DNA from: Narcine bancroftii
Lineage: Eukaryota
DNA length: 64,000 nucleotides
Reading direction: 5' to 3'
Assembly (NCBI RefSeq): GCF_036971445.1
Contig: NC_091470.1
Coordinates: 11,780,001 to 11,844,000 of the forward strand
This document shows positions 20,541-33,918 of the stretch, piece by piece; the first letter of the stretch is position 1, and every line of letters starts with the position of its first letter. Position numbers and translations under genes: made by a program. A model generated the notes under the pieces. That model saw only the letters and a program-made list of their open reading frames with translations. It was not told where the DNA came from and did not search any database.

Positions 20541-23513
20541 CTTCTTTTCTTTGGCTTGGCTTCACGGACGAAGATTTATGGAGGGGGTAAAAAGTCCACG
20601 TCAGCTGCAGGCTCGTTTGTGGCTGACAAGTCCGATGCTGGACAGGCAGACACGATTGCAGCGGTTGCAGGGGAAAATTGGTGGGTTGGGGTTGGGTGTT
20701 GGGTTTTTCCTCCTTTGCCTTTTGTCAGTGAGGTAGGCTCTGCGGTCTTCTTCAAAGGAGGTTGCTGCCCGCCAAACTGTGAGGCGCCAAGATGCACGGT
20801 TTGAGGCGATATCAGCCCACTGGCGGTGGTCAATGTGGCAGGCACCAAGAGATTTCTTTAGGCAGTCCTTGTACCTTTTCTTTGGTGCACCTCTGTCACG
20901 GTGGCCAGTGGAGAGCTCGCCATATAACACGATCTTGGGAAGGCGATGGTCCTCCATTCTGGAGACGTGACCCACCCAGCGCAGCTGGATCTTCAGCAGT
21001 GTGGACTCGATGCTGTCGACCTCTGCCATCTCGAGTACTTCGACGTTAGGGATGTAAGCGCTCCAATGGACGTTGAGGATGGAGCGGAGACAACGCTGGT
21101 GGAAGCGTTCTAGGAGCCGTAGGTGGTGCCGGTAGAGGACCCATGATTCGGAGCCGAACAGGAGTGTGGGTATGACAACGGCTCTGTATACGCTTATCTT
21201 TGTGAGGTTTTTCAGTTGGTTGTTTTTCCAGACTCTTTTGTGTAGTCTTCCAAAGGCGCTATTTGCCTTGGCGAGTCTGTTGTCTATCTCATTGTCGATC
21301 CTTGCATCTGATGAAATGGTGCAGCCGAGATAGGTAAACTGGTTGACCGTTTTGAGTTTTGTGTGCCCGATGGAGATGTGGGGGGGCTGGTAATCATGGT
21401 GGGGAGCTGGCTGATGGAGGACCTCAGTTTTCTTCAGGCTGACTTTCAGGCCAAACATTTTGGCAGTTTCCGCAAAGCAGGACGTCAAGCGCTGAAGAGC
21501 TGGCTCTGAATGGGCAACTAAAGCGGCATCGTCTGCAAAGAGTAGTTCACGGACAAGTTTCTCTTGTGTACCGGATGTAAACAGCGTCTTCATTGTTGGG
21601 GTCTTTCATGGCTTGGTTCAGCATCATGCTGAAGAAGATTGAAAAGAGGGTTGGTGCCAGAACACAGCCTTGCTTCACGCCATTGTTAATGGAGAAGGGT
21701 TCAGAGAGCTCATTGCTGTATCTGACCCGACCTTGTTGGTTTTTGTGCAGTTGGATAATCATGTTGAGGAACTTTGGGGGACATCCGATGCGCTCTAGTA
21801 TTTGCCAAAGCCCTTTCCTGCTCACGGTGTCGAAGGCTTTGGTGAGGTCAACAAAGGTGATGTAGAGTCCTTTGTTTTGTTCTCTGCATTTTTCTTGGAG
21901 CTGTCTGAGGGCAAAGACCATGTCAGTAGTTCCTCTGTTTGCGCGAAAGCCGCACTGTGATTCTGGGAGAATATTCTCGGCGACACTAGGTATTATTCTA
22001 TTTAGTAGAATCCTCGCGAAGATTTTGCCTGCAATGGAGAGCAACGTGATTCCCCTGTAGTTTGAGCAGTCTGATTTCTCGCCTTTGTTTTTGTACAGGG
22101 TGATGATGGTGGCATCACGAAGATCCTGAGGCAGTTTACCTTGGTCCCAACAAAGCTTGAAAAACTCATGCAGTTTGGCATGCAGAGTTTTGCCGCCAGC
22201 CTTCCAGACTTCTGGGGGGACTCCATCCATACCTGCTGCTTTGCCACTTTTCAGTTGTTCGATTGCCTTATATGTCTCATCCAGGGTGGGAACCTCATCC
22301 AGCTCTAGCCTTAGGGGCTGTTGAGGGAGCTGGAGCAGGGCGGAATCTTGGACTGAGCGGTTGGCACTGAAAAGAGATTGGAAGTGTTCTGACCATCGGT
22401 TGAGGATGGAGATCTTGTTGCTGAGGAGGACTTTGCCGTCTGAGCTGCGCAGCGGGCTTTGGACTTGGGGTGAGGGGCCGTACACAGCCTTTAGAGCCTC
22501 GTAGAAACCCCTGAAGTCGCCAATGTCCGCGCTGAGCTGGGTTCGTTTGGCGAGGCTAGTCCACCACTCATTTTGGATCTCCCGGAGTTTGCGCTGAAGA
22601 TGGCTGCATGCGCGACGGAAGGCTTGTTTCTTCTCTGGACAGGACGGCTTTGTAAGGTGAGCCTGGTGGGAAGCTCGCTTCTTTGCCAGCAGCTCCTGGA
22701 TTTCCTGGCTGTTTTCGTCGAACCAGTCCTTGTTTTTCCTGGAGGAGAAGCCCAGTACCTCTTCAGTGGATTGCAGTATGGTAGTCTTCAACTGATCCCA
22801 GAGGGTTTCAGGGGACGGGTCCGTGAGGCGGATTGCATCGTTGAGCTTTGCTTTGAGGTTTGCCTGGAAGTTTCTTCTCGCTTCGTCTGACTGCAGGTTT
22901 CCAACATTGAACCTCTTTCTGGGGGCTTTATTGTTCTTGGGCTTTGGTTTGAAGTGAAGGTTGAGCTTGCAGCGAACCAGCCGGTGGTCAGTGTGGCATT
23001 CCGCGCTAGGCATGACCCTGGTGTGGAGCACATCTCGTTTGTCACTTTCTCGCACCAGGATGTAGTCCAGGAGGTGCCAGTGTTTGGATCGGGGATGCAT
23101 CCAGGTGGTCTTAAGGCTGTCCCTCTGCTGAAAAAGGGTGTTTGTAATGACAAGCCGCTGTTCTGCGCAGAGCTCCAACAGGAGGCGCCCATTGTCGTTG
23201 CACTTGCCGACGCCATGCTTGCCCAGGATTCCTGGCCAGGTTTCTGAGTCTTTGCCGACACGAGCGTTGAAGTCGCCCAGGATGACAACCTTGTCGGCTG
23301 TAGGGGTGCGTTGGATGAGGTTGCGCAGGTCGGTGTAGAACTTGTCCTTTTCTGCTGGTTCCGCCTGGAGGGTTGGAGCATAGACACTGATGAGGGTGAT
23401 GTGACGCTTGTTCTGAAGGGGGAGTCGCATGGACATGATTCGGTCCGAGAGGCCTGTCGGAAGGTTTTCGAGTTTGGAGGCAATGAAGCTCTTGACCATG
23501 AAGCCTACACCAG
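20541..23513 (-). mobile_element. 5'-truncated RTE-clade LINE (AviRTE-like), EN+RT, one internal deletion/frameshift at ~21570
   Basis: TSD ATTGATT at 20534-20540 and 23514-23520; GDFNARVG, GVKQGCVLAP, LLFADD; (GAA)-type 3' tail; two long ORFs 21547..23499 and 20601..21593. Confidence 0.93.
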
Positions 23514-24362
23514 ATTGATTATAGGTCTGCGATATCGAGACAAAGAGAAAATTTGAAGATTGGCTGTCCAGAAAGTAACACAGTGGTGGAGAGAAGGAAA
23601 CAATTCAATCCAGTGAAGGTGATTCTTTCGAAGAACGGCTAAAAGTTTACTTTTTTATATCCAACTACGTTGAAGGTGTTTTTGGTGAATGAATGAGCCA
23701 AGTTCTTTATGGGTGAAGAAGAACTACGTAGATTTACAGAATCACTTCCTACTATTAAAGAAGAGCAGCAGAATTGTTGAGTTTTAGTCTCTGACAAGAA
23801 TTTGAAAGAGTCGTGCTGTCGATCCAAATTACGTGAAGAAAGCTGGGCCACAGCAGATTGTAAGTTGTCGAAAGGAGTCTCAGTTCCATCTTCGATGGAA
23901 ACATCTTTAATTGGTGATGGTCAAGTTCATGTGGACCTTGAAGTGGCTAGTGATTTATTATTTTCTAAAGTGTAATTAATTAATGGTTCTCCCTTGGGGA
24001 GGGGGGGTTGGATGTTCTTCCTTCATATCGTGGTAGCTGCTGTGACCCGTATGGTGGAGGGAAATAGTGCATTATATTTGTATTCAGCACTTTTTGGCAT
24101 TTTTTATAGTTTAATTATTAATTTTTTTGTTTGGTTATTAATGGATTTTTCTTTTTAAGGGCCAGAGATGCGCACAGGAGTCCATTTGAGTTGATAGAGA
24201 GAGAAATGGGGGAGAACAGGATTGGAAGAGATTTTGATTTGGGATAATGGATGATAAAAATAAATTAATTTTTTTAGTTTTAATGTAAATAGGATAAATA
24301 GTACAATTAAAAGTATTTTTTTTTAATTATATGAAAAAGATGAAGGTTGATGTTATATATAT

Positions 24363-24571
24363 ATTTTTTTTTAATTTTATTTTTTTATTTTTTATTTTTC
24401 ACACCATAAATCACATTAGCCATGATACACACTTTTTCCTTTTCACACATATACAGTGACATTTTCTCCCCCCCCCTCCCTCCTCCCAACCCACCCCCCC
24501 CCCTCCCATCCATTTAAGGTATACAATCTAGGTTACATTAAACCAGTCAGACAATGTTGTCATTCAACAAT
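24363..24571 (-). mobile_element. Short antisense LINE 3' end inserted in the L1 endonuclease region
   Basis: T-rich tail with TTTATT (AATAAA on minus) and poly-purine 3' UTR; approximate. Confidence 0.5.
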
Positions 24572-26644
24572 ATTTTAATGAGAAATTCATTTGACAGAAA
24601 AAGTAAATTAAAAAGGGATTCATTGGGCCAAGGTATCCCTCCAACTTTTAATTCTAAAGCAATAGGAGTGACTATATTCATTAAAAAAACATTACCAGTA
24701 AAATGTTTGATATTGATTAATTGTCAGATTTATTCTGAAATGTGACCACTTATGAATATTTATGCACCAAATGTAGGCGATGAAGATTTTATAAAGAATA
24801 CTTTTTATTCTTAGTGGAAGTGCAGGAAAAGGTGTTAATAGGAGGAGATATCAGTTGTTGTCTTGATCCAGTATTGGATAATCATCTAAAACGGTAATAA
24901 GAGCTAAAGTGGCGAAGGCGATATTAAGATTTATGAAGCAATTAAATTTAGTTGATATTTGGTGAAAGTTGAATCCTGGAGAAAGATTATTCTTTTTATT
25001 TGAGAATAGATTTTTTAAAATATCGGCACAGTTACAAGGAAAGATTAATAAAGTTGAGTGTGGAGCAAGAATCCTTTCTGATCCCTCACCACTTTTATTG
25101 ATATGTTCAACTTTAAAGGAAGAAAATATTCCCTATAGAAGGAAAATTTAATTCTGCATTAATAAAAAGAGTACATAAGAAAGAAAATTCAATTATTTTT
25201 AGAAGTCAATTTTAATTCAGTAGATAATAAATGTATTATTTTGGATGCGTTAAAAGCATATATGGAGGTCAAATAATAAGTCACATGGCTAAAATTAAAA
25301 AGGAATATATAATTGAGACAAATCAATTAGAACAGGACATAAGTAAATTAGAAAAAAATCTACAAAATAATCCTTCTGAAGAAAGGAAAAAAATTAATAA
25401 AATTTTTTATATACTTCAATATAACATTATACAGACATATAGAACAGAAAAATTAGGAGAAAAAGCTTATAAAGTGTTTGTATGGCAATTGAAAGCTGAA
25501 CAGACATCAAGAGTCATTAATGTAGGTTAAAAAAAATCCCCGGGGACTTTTACATAACAAACCACAAGAAATAAATGATGTATTTAGGGAATTTTATTCT
25601 GAATTATGTCAAGTGGAATCAGTACATGGTGAAAATAAGTTAGACTCAAAATACTTTATCTAGTCTAAATGATAGGGAACAGAAAGATTTGGATGTAGTA
25701 TTTACGATAAGGGAAATTAGTGAGGTAATGTGTTCAATGCAAAATAACAAATCGCCAGGAAATGATGGATTTCCTATAGGATTTTTATAAGAAATTTAAA
25801 GATCTTTTAATAGGTGCTAAACTGTGTTTGAAGGTACATTCTCTGCTGGAGTCCTTTTTAATGGCAGTCAATACAGTAATTCCAAAAAAAGATAAGAGGC
25901 CCAATGAAACCAGCATCTTATAGACCAATTACATTATTAAATGTTGATTATAAAATATTAGCAAATAGATTGGCAAAGTATTTACCAAAATGAATACATA
26001 TGGATCAAACTGGATTTGTTAAGGGTTAGAAATCTGCACTAAATGTACTGAGGCTTCTTAGTTTAATACATTTGGTTAAAAAAGTGTGGCAGTCACTTTC
26101 CCCGCTGAAAAGGCATTCAATAGATTAGGATGGGATTTCCTCTAAAGTTTTAGAGAAATTTAATTTGGGTTCCATGTTTATAGATGAAAGATAGTGACAA
26201 ATGGATGGATTTCACATCTTTTGAATAAATGAGATCAAGTAGACCAGCTTTATTTGATTTAGCAATAGAACCATTAACTGAATTAATAAGACAAGATTCA
26301 AAGATTGTGGGTATTAAGGTAAAACTAGAAGAATGTAAAATAAATTTATTTGCAGATGATGTTTTGATTGATTTAACAGATCCTTTAAATTCTTTGCAAC
26401 AACTTAAAATTAGAATAAAAGAATATGGAGAAATATTGGGATATAAAATAAATTGGGAGAAAAGTAAAATTATGTCTTTAGTTAATGGAGATTATCAGAA
26501 ATGTAAGGAAGTAATTGAATCCAGATGCCCAGATCTTGGAATAAAATATTAAGGTGCAATCAGATTTGACAAAAAATATTAAAATTAAATTATTTATTTT
26601 TATTAATGAAAATTAAAGATTTGGAAAAATGGAGTATGTTACCT

Positions 26645-29600
26645 TTTGGGAAGCTACGATGAAGGAGACTAACGACCACCATGTTGGAGGTTCACAACGA
26701 CCGTTTATTTCAAATCCCCCGCGCGCCCCTTTAAGGGCAGCGTGAGCTCCGCCCCCGCACGGCCGGTGACGTCATCACGTCTGCCTGAGGCGTGCGCTGG
26801 GCTAAAGCCACGAGGCAAGGAGGTCCCCCAATGGCGCCATCTTCTCGTGGCTGCCCCACCATGTGGTGGTACAAGCGGGGCCAGTTCTTCACGAGTGTGT
26901 GCGCCGCCACACAACCCCCACCAGAACTGGCTTACGCGTCCCGCCACTTGGGCGGATGGCCTTCGCACTTGGGCTGAGCCATTTGAACTGGTTAAGTGAG
27001 GTCCAGGTGCACCGTAAACAGTTTACTTTTACCCCCAATGTCCAACATGAAAGTCTTGTCGGACTGCTGCAGGACTCTGTACGGATCTTCATAAGGGCGC
27101 TGAAAGGGCAGTGTGCGTGCCACACCGGATGAAGATGAATTTGGCCACATACCAGCTCTTTGGGCAGTCGGGCTGATTGGGCACCGTGGTGCATAAGAGG
27201 CGGGGGGGCCAGCGAGGCGAGTTTGTTGTGGAGATCTGCCAACAGGGTTGGGTGGACAGTCGTGGAGTCTGTTTCCGGGCCAAAGAACTCACCAGGTAGC
27301 GACAGTGGCATGCCATACACCAACTCTGTAGACGATACTTGCAGATCCTCCTTCGGAGCTGACTTGATGCTGAGGAGGACCCAGAGCAACTCATCTGCCC
27401 ATCCGAGACTGGTGAGGTGGGCCATGAAGGCCGACTTTAGGTGGCGGTGAAATCACTCCACCAGGCCATTAGCTGCGGGTGATAAGCCGTGGTGTGGTGG
27501 AGCTTAACCCCCAGCAGGCTCGCCAACTGAGCGCCTCTGTCACTGGTGATGTGCGCCAAGACTCCAAACCTGGCGATCCAGTGAGCAAGGATACCTTACT
27601 GCAGCTGTACAGGGCCTTGGTGAGACCCCACCTGGAGTATTGTGTGCAGTTTTGGTCACCTTATCTAAGGAAGGATGTTCTTGCAATGGAGGGAGTGAAA
27701 TGTTCTTGCAATGGAGGGAGTGCAGAGGCGATTCACCAGGCTGATACCTGGAATGGCAGGAATGACTTAGGAGGAAAGATTGCGCAAATTGGGATTGTAC
27801 TCGCTGGAGTTTAGAAGATTGAGAGGGGATCTCATAGAGACATATAAAATTCTGGCAGGACTGGACAGAGTGGATGCAGATGGGATGTTTCCAAGGATGG
27901 GAAAATCCAGAACCCGGGGCCATGGTTTGAGGATAATAGGCAAACCATTTAGGACCGAGATGAGGAGGAATTTCTTGACCCAGAGGGTGGTGAATCTGTG
28001 GAATTCATTGCCACAGAGGGCAGTAGAGGCAGGTTCATTAAATATATTTAAGAGGGAATTAGATCTATTTCTTCAGTATAAGGGTATTAAAGGTTACGGA
28101 GAGAAGGCGGGGACGGGGTACTGAACTTTAAGATCAGCCATGATCTCGTTGAATGGTGGAGCAGGCTCGAAGGGTCGAATGACCTACTCCTGCTCCTATC
28201 TTCTATGTTTCAAGCAAGTTCCTGGCACATGTTTTGGCAGAAGTATCCTTGATGGGGTTGGCTTCTGGCCACCTTGTGGTCTGGTCGACCACCATCAGCA
28301 GGTAGCGCGCCTCTCTGGACATTGGTAGGGGGCCCACGATATCAACATGTATGTGCTGGAACCTTTTGACCGCCAGGTCGAACTGTTAAATCGGGGCCTG
28401 CATTTGCCGATGGACCTTGGTCTGGCACTGTGTGCAGGTCTTTGCGATTTGGGCTACCTCCTTCTTGAGCCTGTGTCAGACAAACTGCTCTGCCACCATC
28501 CGCACCGATGTCTTGACTGAGGGGTATGCGAGATGGTGGACCATGCTGAAGACCCATAACCTCCATTACGGCAGGACTACTGGGCGTGGCGAACCGGAGG
28601 AAACGTCACAGAGCAGCGTGTCCGGGCTGTCCGGCAAACGGATGTCCTGGAGGCGGAGCCCTGTAATGGCGGAACGGTGTGCCTGCATTTCTGTGTCTTC
28701 CCTCTGTGCCTGTGCCAACTGGGTGTAGTTTAGGCTGGGGGCAAGGCTGTGGATTGCGGTCAAGTGAGTGCATCCACCACGACATTGTCTCTACTTGCTC
28801 TGTGCTGGATGTCGGTGGTGAACTCTGACACGTAGCAGAGGTGGTGCTGCTGGCGAGCTGACCAGAGATCTTTGGCCATCGCGAAGGCTTGCGTGAGTGG
28901 CTTGTGATCGGTGAATGGCCTGCCCTCCGGGAAGTACCAGAAGTGTCGGATGGCCAGGTACAGGGCCAGGTGCTTCCTGAAGAAAGCCAGCGGGCGCCAC
29001 TGGCCATCAACCCACTGCTCGAGCACGCCCCCAACAGCCGTGGCCGAGGCATTTACCAAGACCGCGGTGTGGGCCTCTGGGCACGGGTGGGCCAATAGTG
29101 TGGCGCTCGCCAGTGCATCCTTTGTTGCTGTGAAGGTGCCCTACGCCTCTTCTGACCAAACTAGGATTTTTGTCTTTTGCAGCGATCATCAAGAATAACA
29201 GCCACAGATGCGGGCTGCACCGGGGATGAACGATGGTAAAAGTTCACCATACCAACAAACTCATGCAGGCCCTTGAGGGTGGTGGGTTTTGGAAACTGGC
29301 GCATGGCTGCTACTTTTTCTGGTGCTGGAGCGGCTCCGGCTGCCGAGATGGTGTGTCTTAGGAACTGCAGTGTCTGCCTGCCGAACTGGCACTTGGCCAT
29401 GTTGACCGTGAGGCCAAATTCTGCCAAATAGGCAAACAGGATGTGGAGATGGACTTTGTGCTCCTCTTGGTCATGGCTGGGAATAAGAATGTCATCAAGA
29501 TATATGTACACAAAGTCCAGATCCCTACCCACTGTGTCCATCAGACACTGGAAAGTCCAAAGGGCATCCGCAAGAATTCAAATAGCCTGAACGGGGTGAC

Positions 29601-31360
29601 GATCGTGGTCTTACCGATGTCTTCAGGATGGACCGGGATCTGATGGTAGCCCCATACCAGGTTGACTTTCGAAAAGACCTGGGCGCCGTGCAGGTTTGCT
29701 GTGAAGTCATGAATGTATGGGATGGAATACCTGTCCGGCGTAGTCACATTGTTCAAGCGCCGATTATCCCTGCAGGGTTGCCAGCCCCCGGAAGACTTGG
29801 GGACCATGTGGAGAGTGGAGGCCCAGGGACCGTCGGACCAGCGGATGATCCCCAATTTTTGCAGGCGAGAGAACACCTCTTTGGCCAGCTGTAGCTTCTC
29901 TGGCGGTAGTCGCCTGGCCTTGGCATGCAGCAGGGGCCTTGCGTGGAGATGTGATGATAGACTCCGTGCTGGGGCATGGCGGCGGTGAACTGTGGCTGCA
30001 GGATGGTGGGAAATTCATCGAGTATGCTGGAATACGTCTCTGAGAGCGGTGATGGCGGCTTGCAGACTTCCGTGGCATCGAGGCAGACTGAGACTAATCG
30101 TTTGCCCTTCGCATCCACCAGCAGGCCATGTGCTCTGAGGACGTCGGCCCCCAACAGCGCAGTACCCACTGAGGCCAGCATGAACCTCCAGCAGAACTTG
30201 TCTTTCCCAATCCGGATCTGCACCCTTCAGATGTTGAAGGTTTAGATGGCGGAACTGTTGGCTGCACACAGGGCAGGACCCCGTGCTCGGGTACGGGTCT
30301 CAAGGGCGGTCGGGGGTAAGATGCTCAGTTCAGCTCTGGTGTCCACCAGGAAACGCCAGCCGGTGGACTTATCAATCACATGCAGGAGGTGGCTGGCCAC
30401 ACTGCCACACTGTTTTCCTGAAAAGTACAGGGCTGCCTGCCCTTATGAGCTTGAGCCCCCCAGCGTTGATGGTAGAAGCACCAGGTGGGGTGGTGCTCCT
30501 CCGGCTTGTGCTTGTGGGGGGGTGGGGGGGGGGGCTGTGACCAGCTGGGCCCTGGGCGGGTGACATGGCAGAGGGCGGCTTCATTTTCCATTTTGGTTCG
30601 CCAGAGGGTGTCTACTCGGGCCATGACTCACCGTGGATCCATGAAGTCCACGTCTGCCAGCAGGAGGTGAATGTCTTCGGGCATCTGCTCCAAGAAGATC
30701 TGGCGGAACAAGAAGCAGGGCTTGTGATCCTCCGCCAGCATCTTGTCCATGAGGTGTTCTGTCTCCTAGCCCGTCTAGATGCAGAAGTCTTGAGGCGCGC
30801 TGCTGTGGGGAGAGACCGAATGTGCCAAGAAGGAGGTTCTTGAGTGCAGGGAATTTACCCTCGGCCGGCGGGTCGTGGAGGAGGTCGTCCATCCTGGCCG
30901 CGGTCTCTTCATCGAGTATGGTCACGACGTGGTAAAACATCATGGCATCTGAAGAAATGTTGCTGAGGTGAAACTTCGCCTCTGCCTGCCCAAACCACGT
31001 ACGTGGGCGATGTGTCCAGAAGGGGGGCAGTTTCACTGCGACGGCATTGATCTCGGCGGGATCCATACTGGGAGGCCAGAAAAACATCTGGACTTGGGGT
31101 CACCAATGTAGTGGCAACTACAATGAAGGAGACTAATGACCACCACATTGGAGGTTCTCAGTGACCATTTATTTCAAATCCCACGTGCGCCCCTTTAAGG
31201 GCAGTGTGAGCTCCGGCGTGGGCGGTGACGTCTGATGTGCGCATGCTGGGCTAAAGCCACAAGGCAAGGAGGTCCACCGATGGCGCCATCTTCTCATGGC
31301 TGCCCCACCATGTGGCAGTACAAGCGGGGCCGGTTCATCATGAGTATGTGCGCCGCCACA
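26645..31360 (-). mobile_element. Degenerate Ty3/Gypsy LTR retrotransposon, probably CsRn1 lineage
   Basis: LTRs 26645-26911 and 31107-31360; TSD ACCT (26641-26644 and 31361-31364); PBS TGGTGACCCC (tRNA-Trp-like); gag AVKLPPFW and CFYHQRWG (CHCC-type); RT YLDDIL; many frameshifts. Confidence 0.9.
27584..28212 (+). mobile_element. CR1 3' fragment nested in the Gypsy integrase region
   Basis: LYRALVRPHLEYCVQFWSP...RNFLTQRVVNLWNSLP; TTCTATGT-type tail; possible TSD AGCAAG. Confidence 0.9.
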
Positions 31361-33136
31361 ACCTATTACTTTGATGGGTAGAGTAAATTGTATTAAGATG
31401 AATGTTTTTCCTCGAATACAGTATTTATTCCAATTGATTCCAATCTCAATTCCTCAAAAGTTTTTTTTAAGGAATTAAATGATTGTGTTAGAAAATTTTT
31501 ATGGAAATGGAAAATGGCTAGGGTTTCTTTGGAAAAATTGGCATGGAAATGGAAATATGATTTAGGAGGTTTCCAGCTCCCCAATTTGATAAATTATTAT
31601 AAAACAGCACAATTGAGATTCATTAATGTAATGTGCGAGTTATATAATGTTCCAGGAGGGAGTAAATATAGAACTGAATAGGAGAAACTGAACCACCACA
31701 TTTTATATATAAATGCAATGCAAGATTGTTAATAGCAAAGAATGAAGCACCCCATGGTGAAACATAAAATTGAACTTTGGAATAAAATTGAAAAAGAGAT
31801 TGGAAGAAGAGGTTTAATGTCTGGACGAACACCTTTATTTTAAAATAGACTTTCCATTCTCTATGGAAATAAATTCCTAAACATTTGGCAAAGTTGTGGT
31901 ATTAAGAAAATTAAAGATTGTTTTGAAGCCAGGAAATGTATTACTTTTAGTAAAATTAAGGAAAATTTTAACATATTGAAAAATACAAAATTTTGTTATA
32001 AAGTTAAGAGATTTCTATGTGAAATTTCTGGTCAAGATTTAGTATTACCAGCGGAGACAGAAGTAGAATTATTATTAAGTAATAGGAATGCAAATAAAAT
32101 TATTTCAGAGATGTATAAATTATTACAAAAGAAGGCTTGAAAAGAGGGAAATCAGGACATAAATGGGAGGTGGATTTAAATAAGCAAATAGATGAACGTA
32201 GATGGATTCAGATATGTAGAGAGAGTATGAAACGTACAATCAATGTGAGATATCGGCTGGTTCAATATAATTTTATTCATCAGTTATATTTAATACCACA
32301 AAAGTTACATAATATGAATTGTACTTACTCAGATTTATGTTTTAGATGTGGACAAGAAGTTGGTACGTTTTTTGCATTTGACTTGGCTGTGTTCCACAAT
32401 TAAATTTATTTGTCTTGATTTGGGTAATTTATTAGAATGAATAACTGGAGTTAGATTCTTACAGGATCCAATGTTATTTTTACTGGGAGATGTTAGAGGG
32501 ATTAAACCTAAATAAAAACTGAATATGTATCAAGTAAAATTTGGCAATAACTAGAAAATGTGTTGCTATAACTGGGAAGTCTGATATTGATTTGGGAATC
32601 GAGAGATGACGTTTACTCCGCTTGAGAAAATTACTTATAATTTAAGAGATAAATATCGCATTTTGTGAAATATGGAACCCATATTTATACACAATGGTAT
32701 TAAAATTTAGATGAATCACAAATATTCCCTTTCTTCTATCAGTCTCTATGAATAAATACACACGTTTAATATATCAAGAGGTGAGAAGCATCCTGTTGGG
32801 GCTTTCTTCTCCCTTTTCTTCTCTTTCGTTTAGTTTGGAGAGGGTTGGGGGGATTTAGAGGAGGTTTTTCTTTCTTTTGTATTTTTTTACTTTCATTTTT
32901 TATATAAAATACCACACAATTTTGTGATATGCTTGTTAAGTGGTTTTATATTAAATAAAATATTTTTTTAAATCTGCTGGCCAACTGCATTCTGACGTGG
33001 TTTCCCCACTGCTCAGTAGCAAACAAGCGGGGTCATCAATACGGCCCAGAAGGTTATGGGCTGCGCTCAATGTTGTTCTTTTTCTACAATGACAATAAAG
33101 GTTATCGTGTGTGTGGCGGTGTGGGGTGTGTGTGCA

Positions 33137-33885
33137 CGCACCATTAACATGGTGTTCTGTTCCACTGAGGCCAGCTGTGTGTGTGCGCGTGCCATTTTGT
33201 GTGTGAGTGCGTGTGTGTGTGCGCGCGCGTGCCATTTTGTGTGTGAGTGCGTATGTGTGTGTGCGCGCGCGCACCATTTTGTGTGTATGTGTGCACGCAT
33301 GTGTGCGCCATTTTGCTTGTGTGCGCGCGCGCGCGCATATTTTGACACTCAGGTTTCTTACACTGAGGCCAGCTGTGTGTATGCGTGTGCCATTGCGTGC
33401 GTGTGCCTGTCTGTCTGTCTGTCTGTCTGTCTGCGGCCCATTAACACTGTGCCCTGTTCCAGTGAGGCAAGCAGCGTGTGTGTGTGTGTGTGACTGTGTG
33501 TGTGTGTGTGTGTGTCTGTCTGTCTGTCTGACTGTCTGCGGCCCATTAACTCTGTGCCCTGTTCCAGTGAGGCCAGCAGTGTGTGTGTGTGTGTCTGCGG
33601 CCCATTAACTCTGTGCCCAGTTCCAGTGAGGCCAGCAGTGTGTGTCTGTGTCAGTCTGCGACCCATTAACTCTGTGCCCTTTTCCAGTGAGGCCAGCAGT
33701 GTGTGTGTGTGTGTCTGTCTACGGCCCATTAACTCTGTGCCCTGTTCCAGTGAGGCCAGCAGAGTGTGTGTGTGAGCTTCCGTCTGTGTGTCTGTCTGTC
33801 TGTCTGTCTGTCTGTCTGCGGCCCATTAACTCTGTGCCCTGTTCCAGTGAGGCCAGCAGAGTGTGTGTGTGAGCTTCCGTCTGTG

Positions 33886-33918
<33 letters not shown>

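Larger units (their letters stand above)
20110..32965 (+). mobile_element. Decayed L1/Tx1-clade LINE (ORF1, EN, RT, Cys-rich C-terminus) interrupted by RTE, Gypsy and a small antisense LINE tail
   Basis: ORF1-like coiled-coil fragments; RT KINLFADDVLI (26229-26552); WSMLP|ITLMGRVNCIKMNVFPRIQYLFQ restored across the Gypsy insertion; CFRCGQEVGT; AATAAA/A-rich end. Confidence 0.85.
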
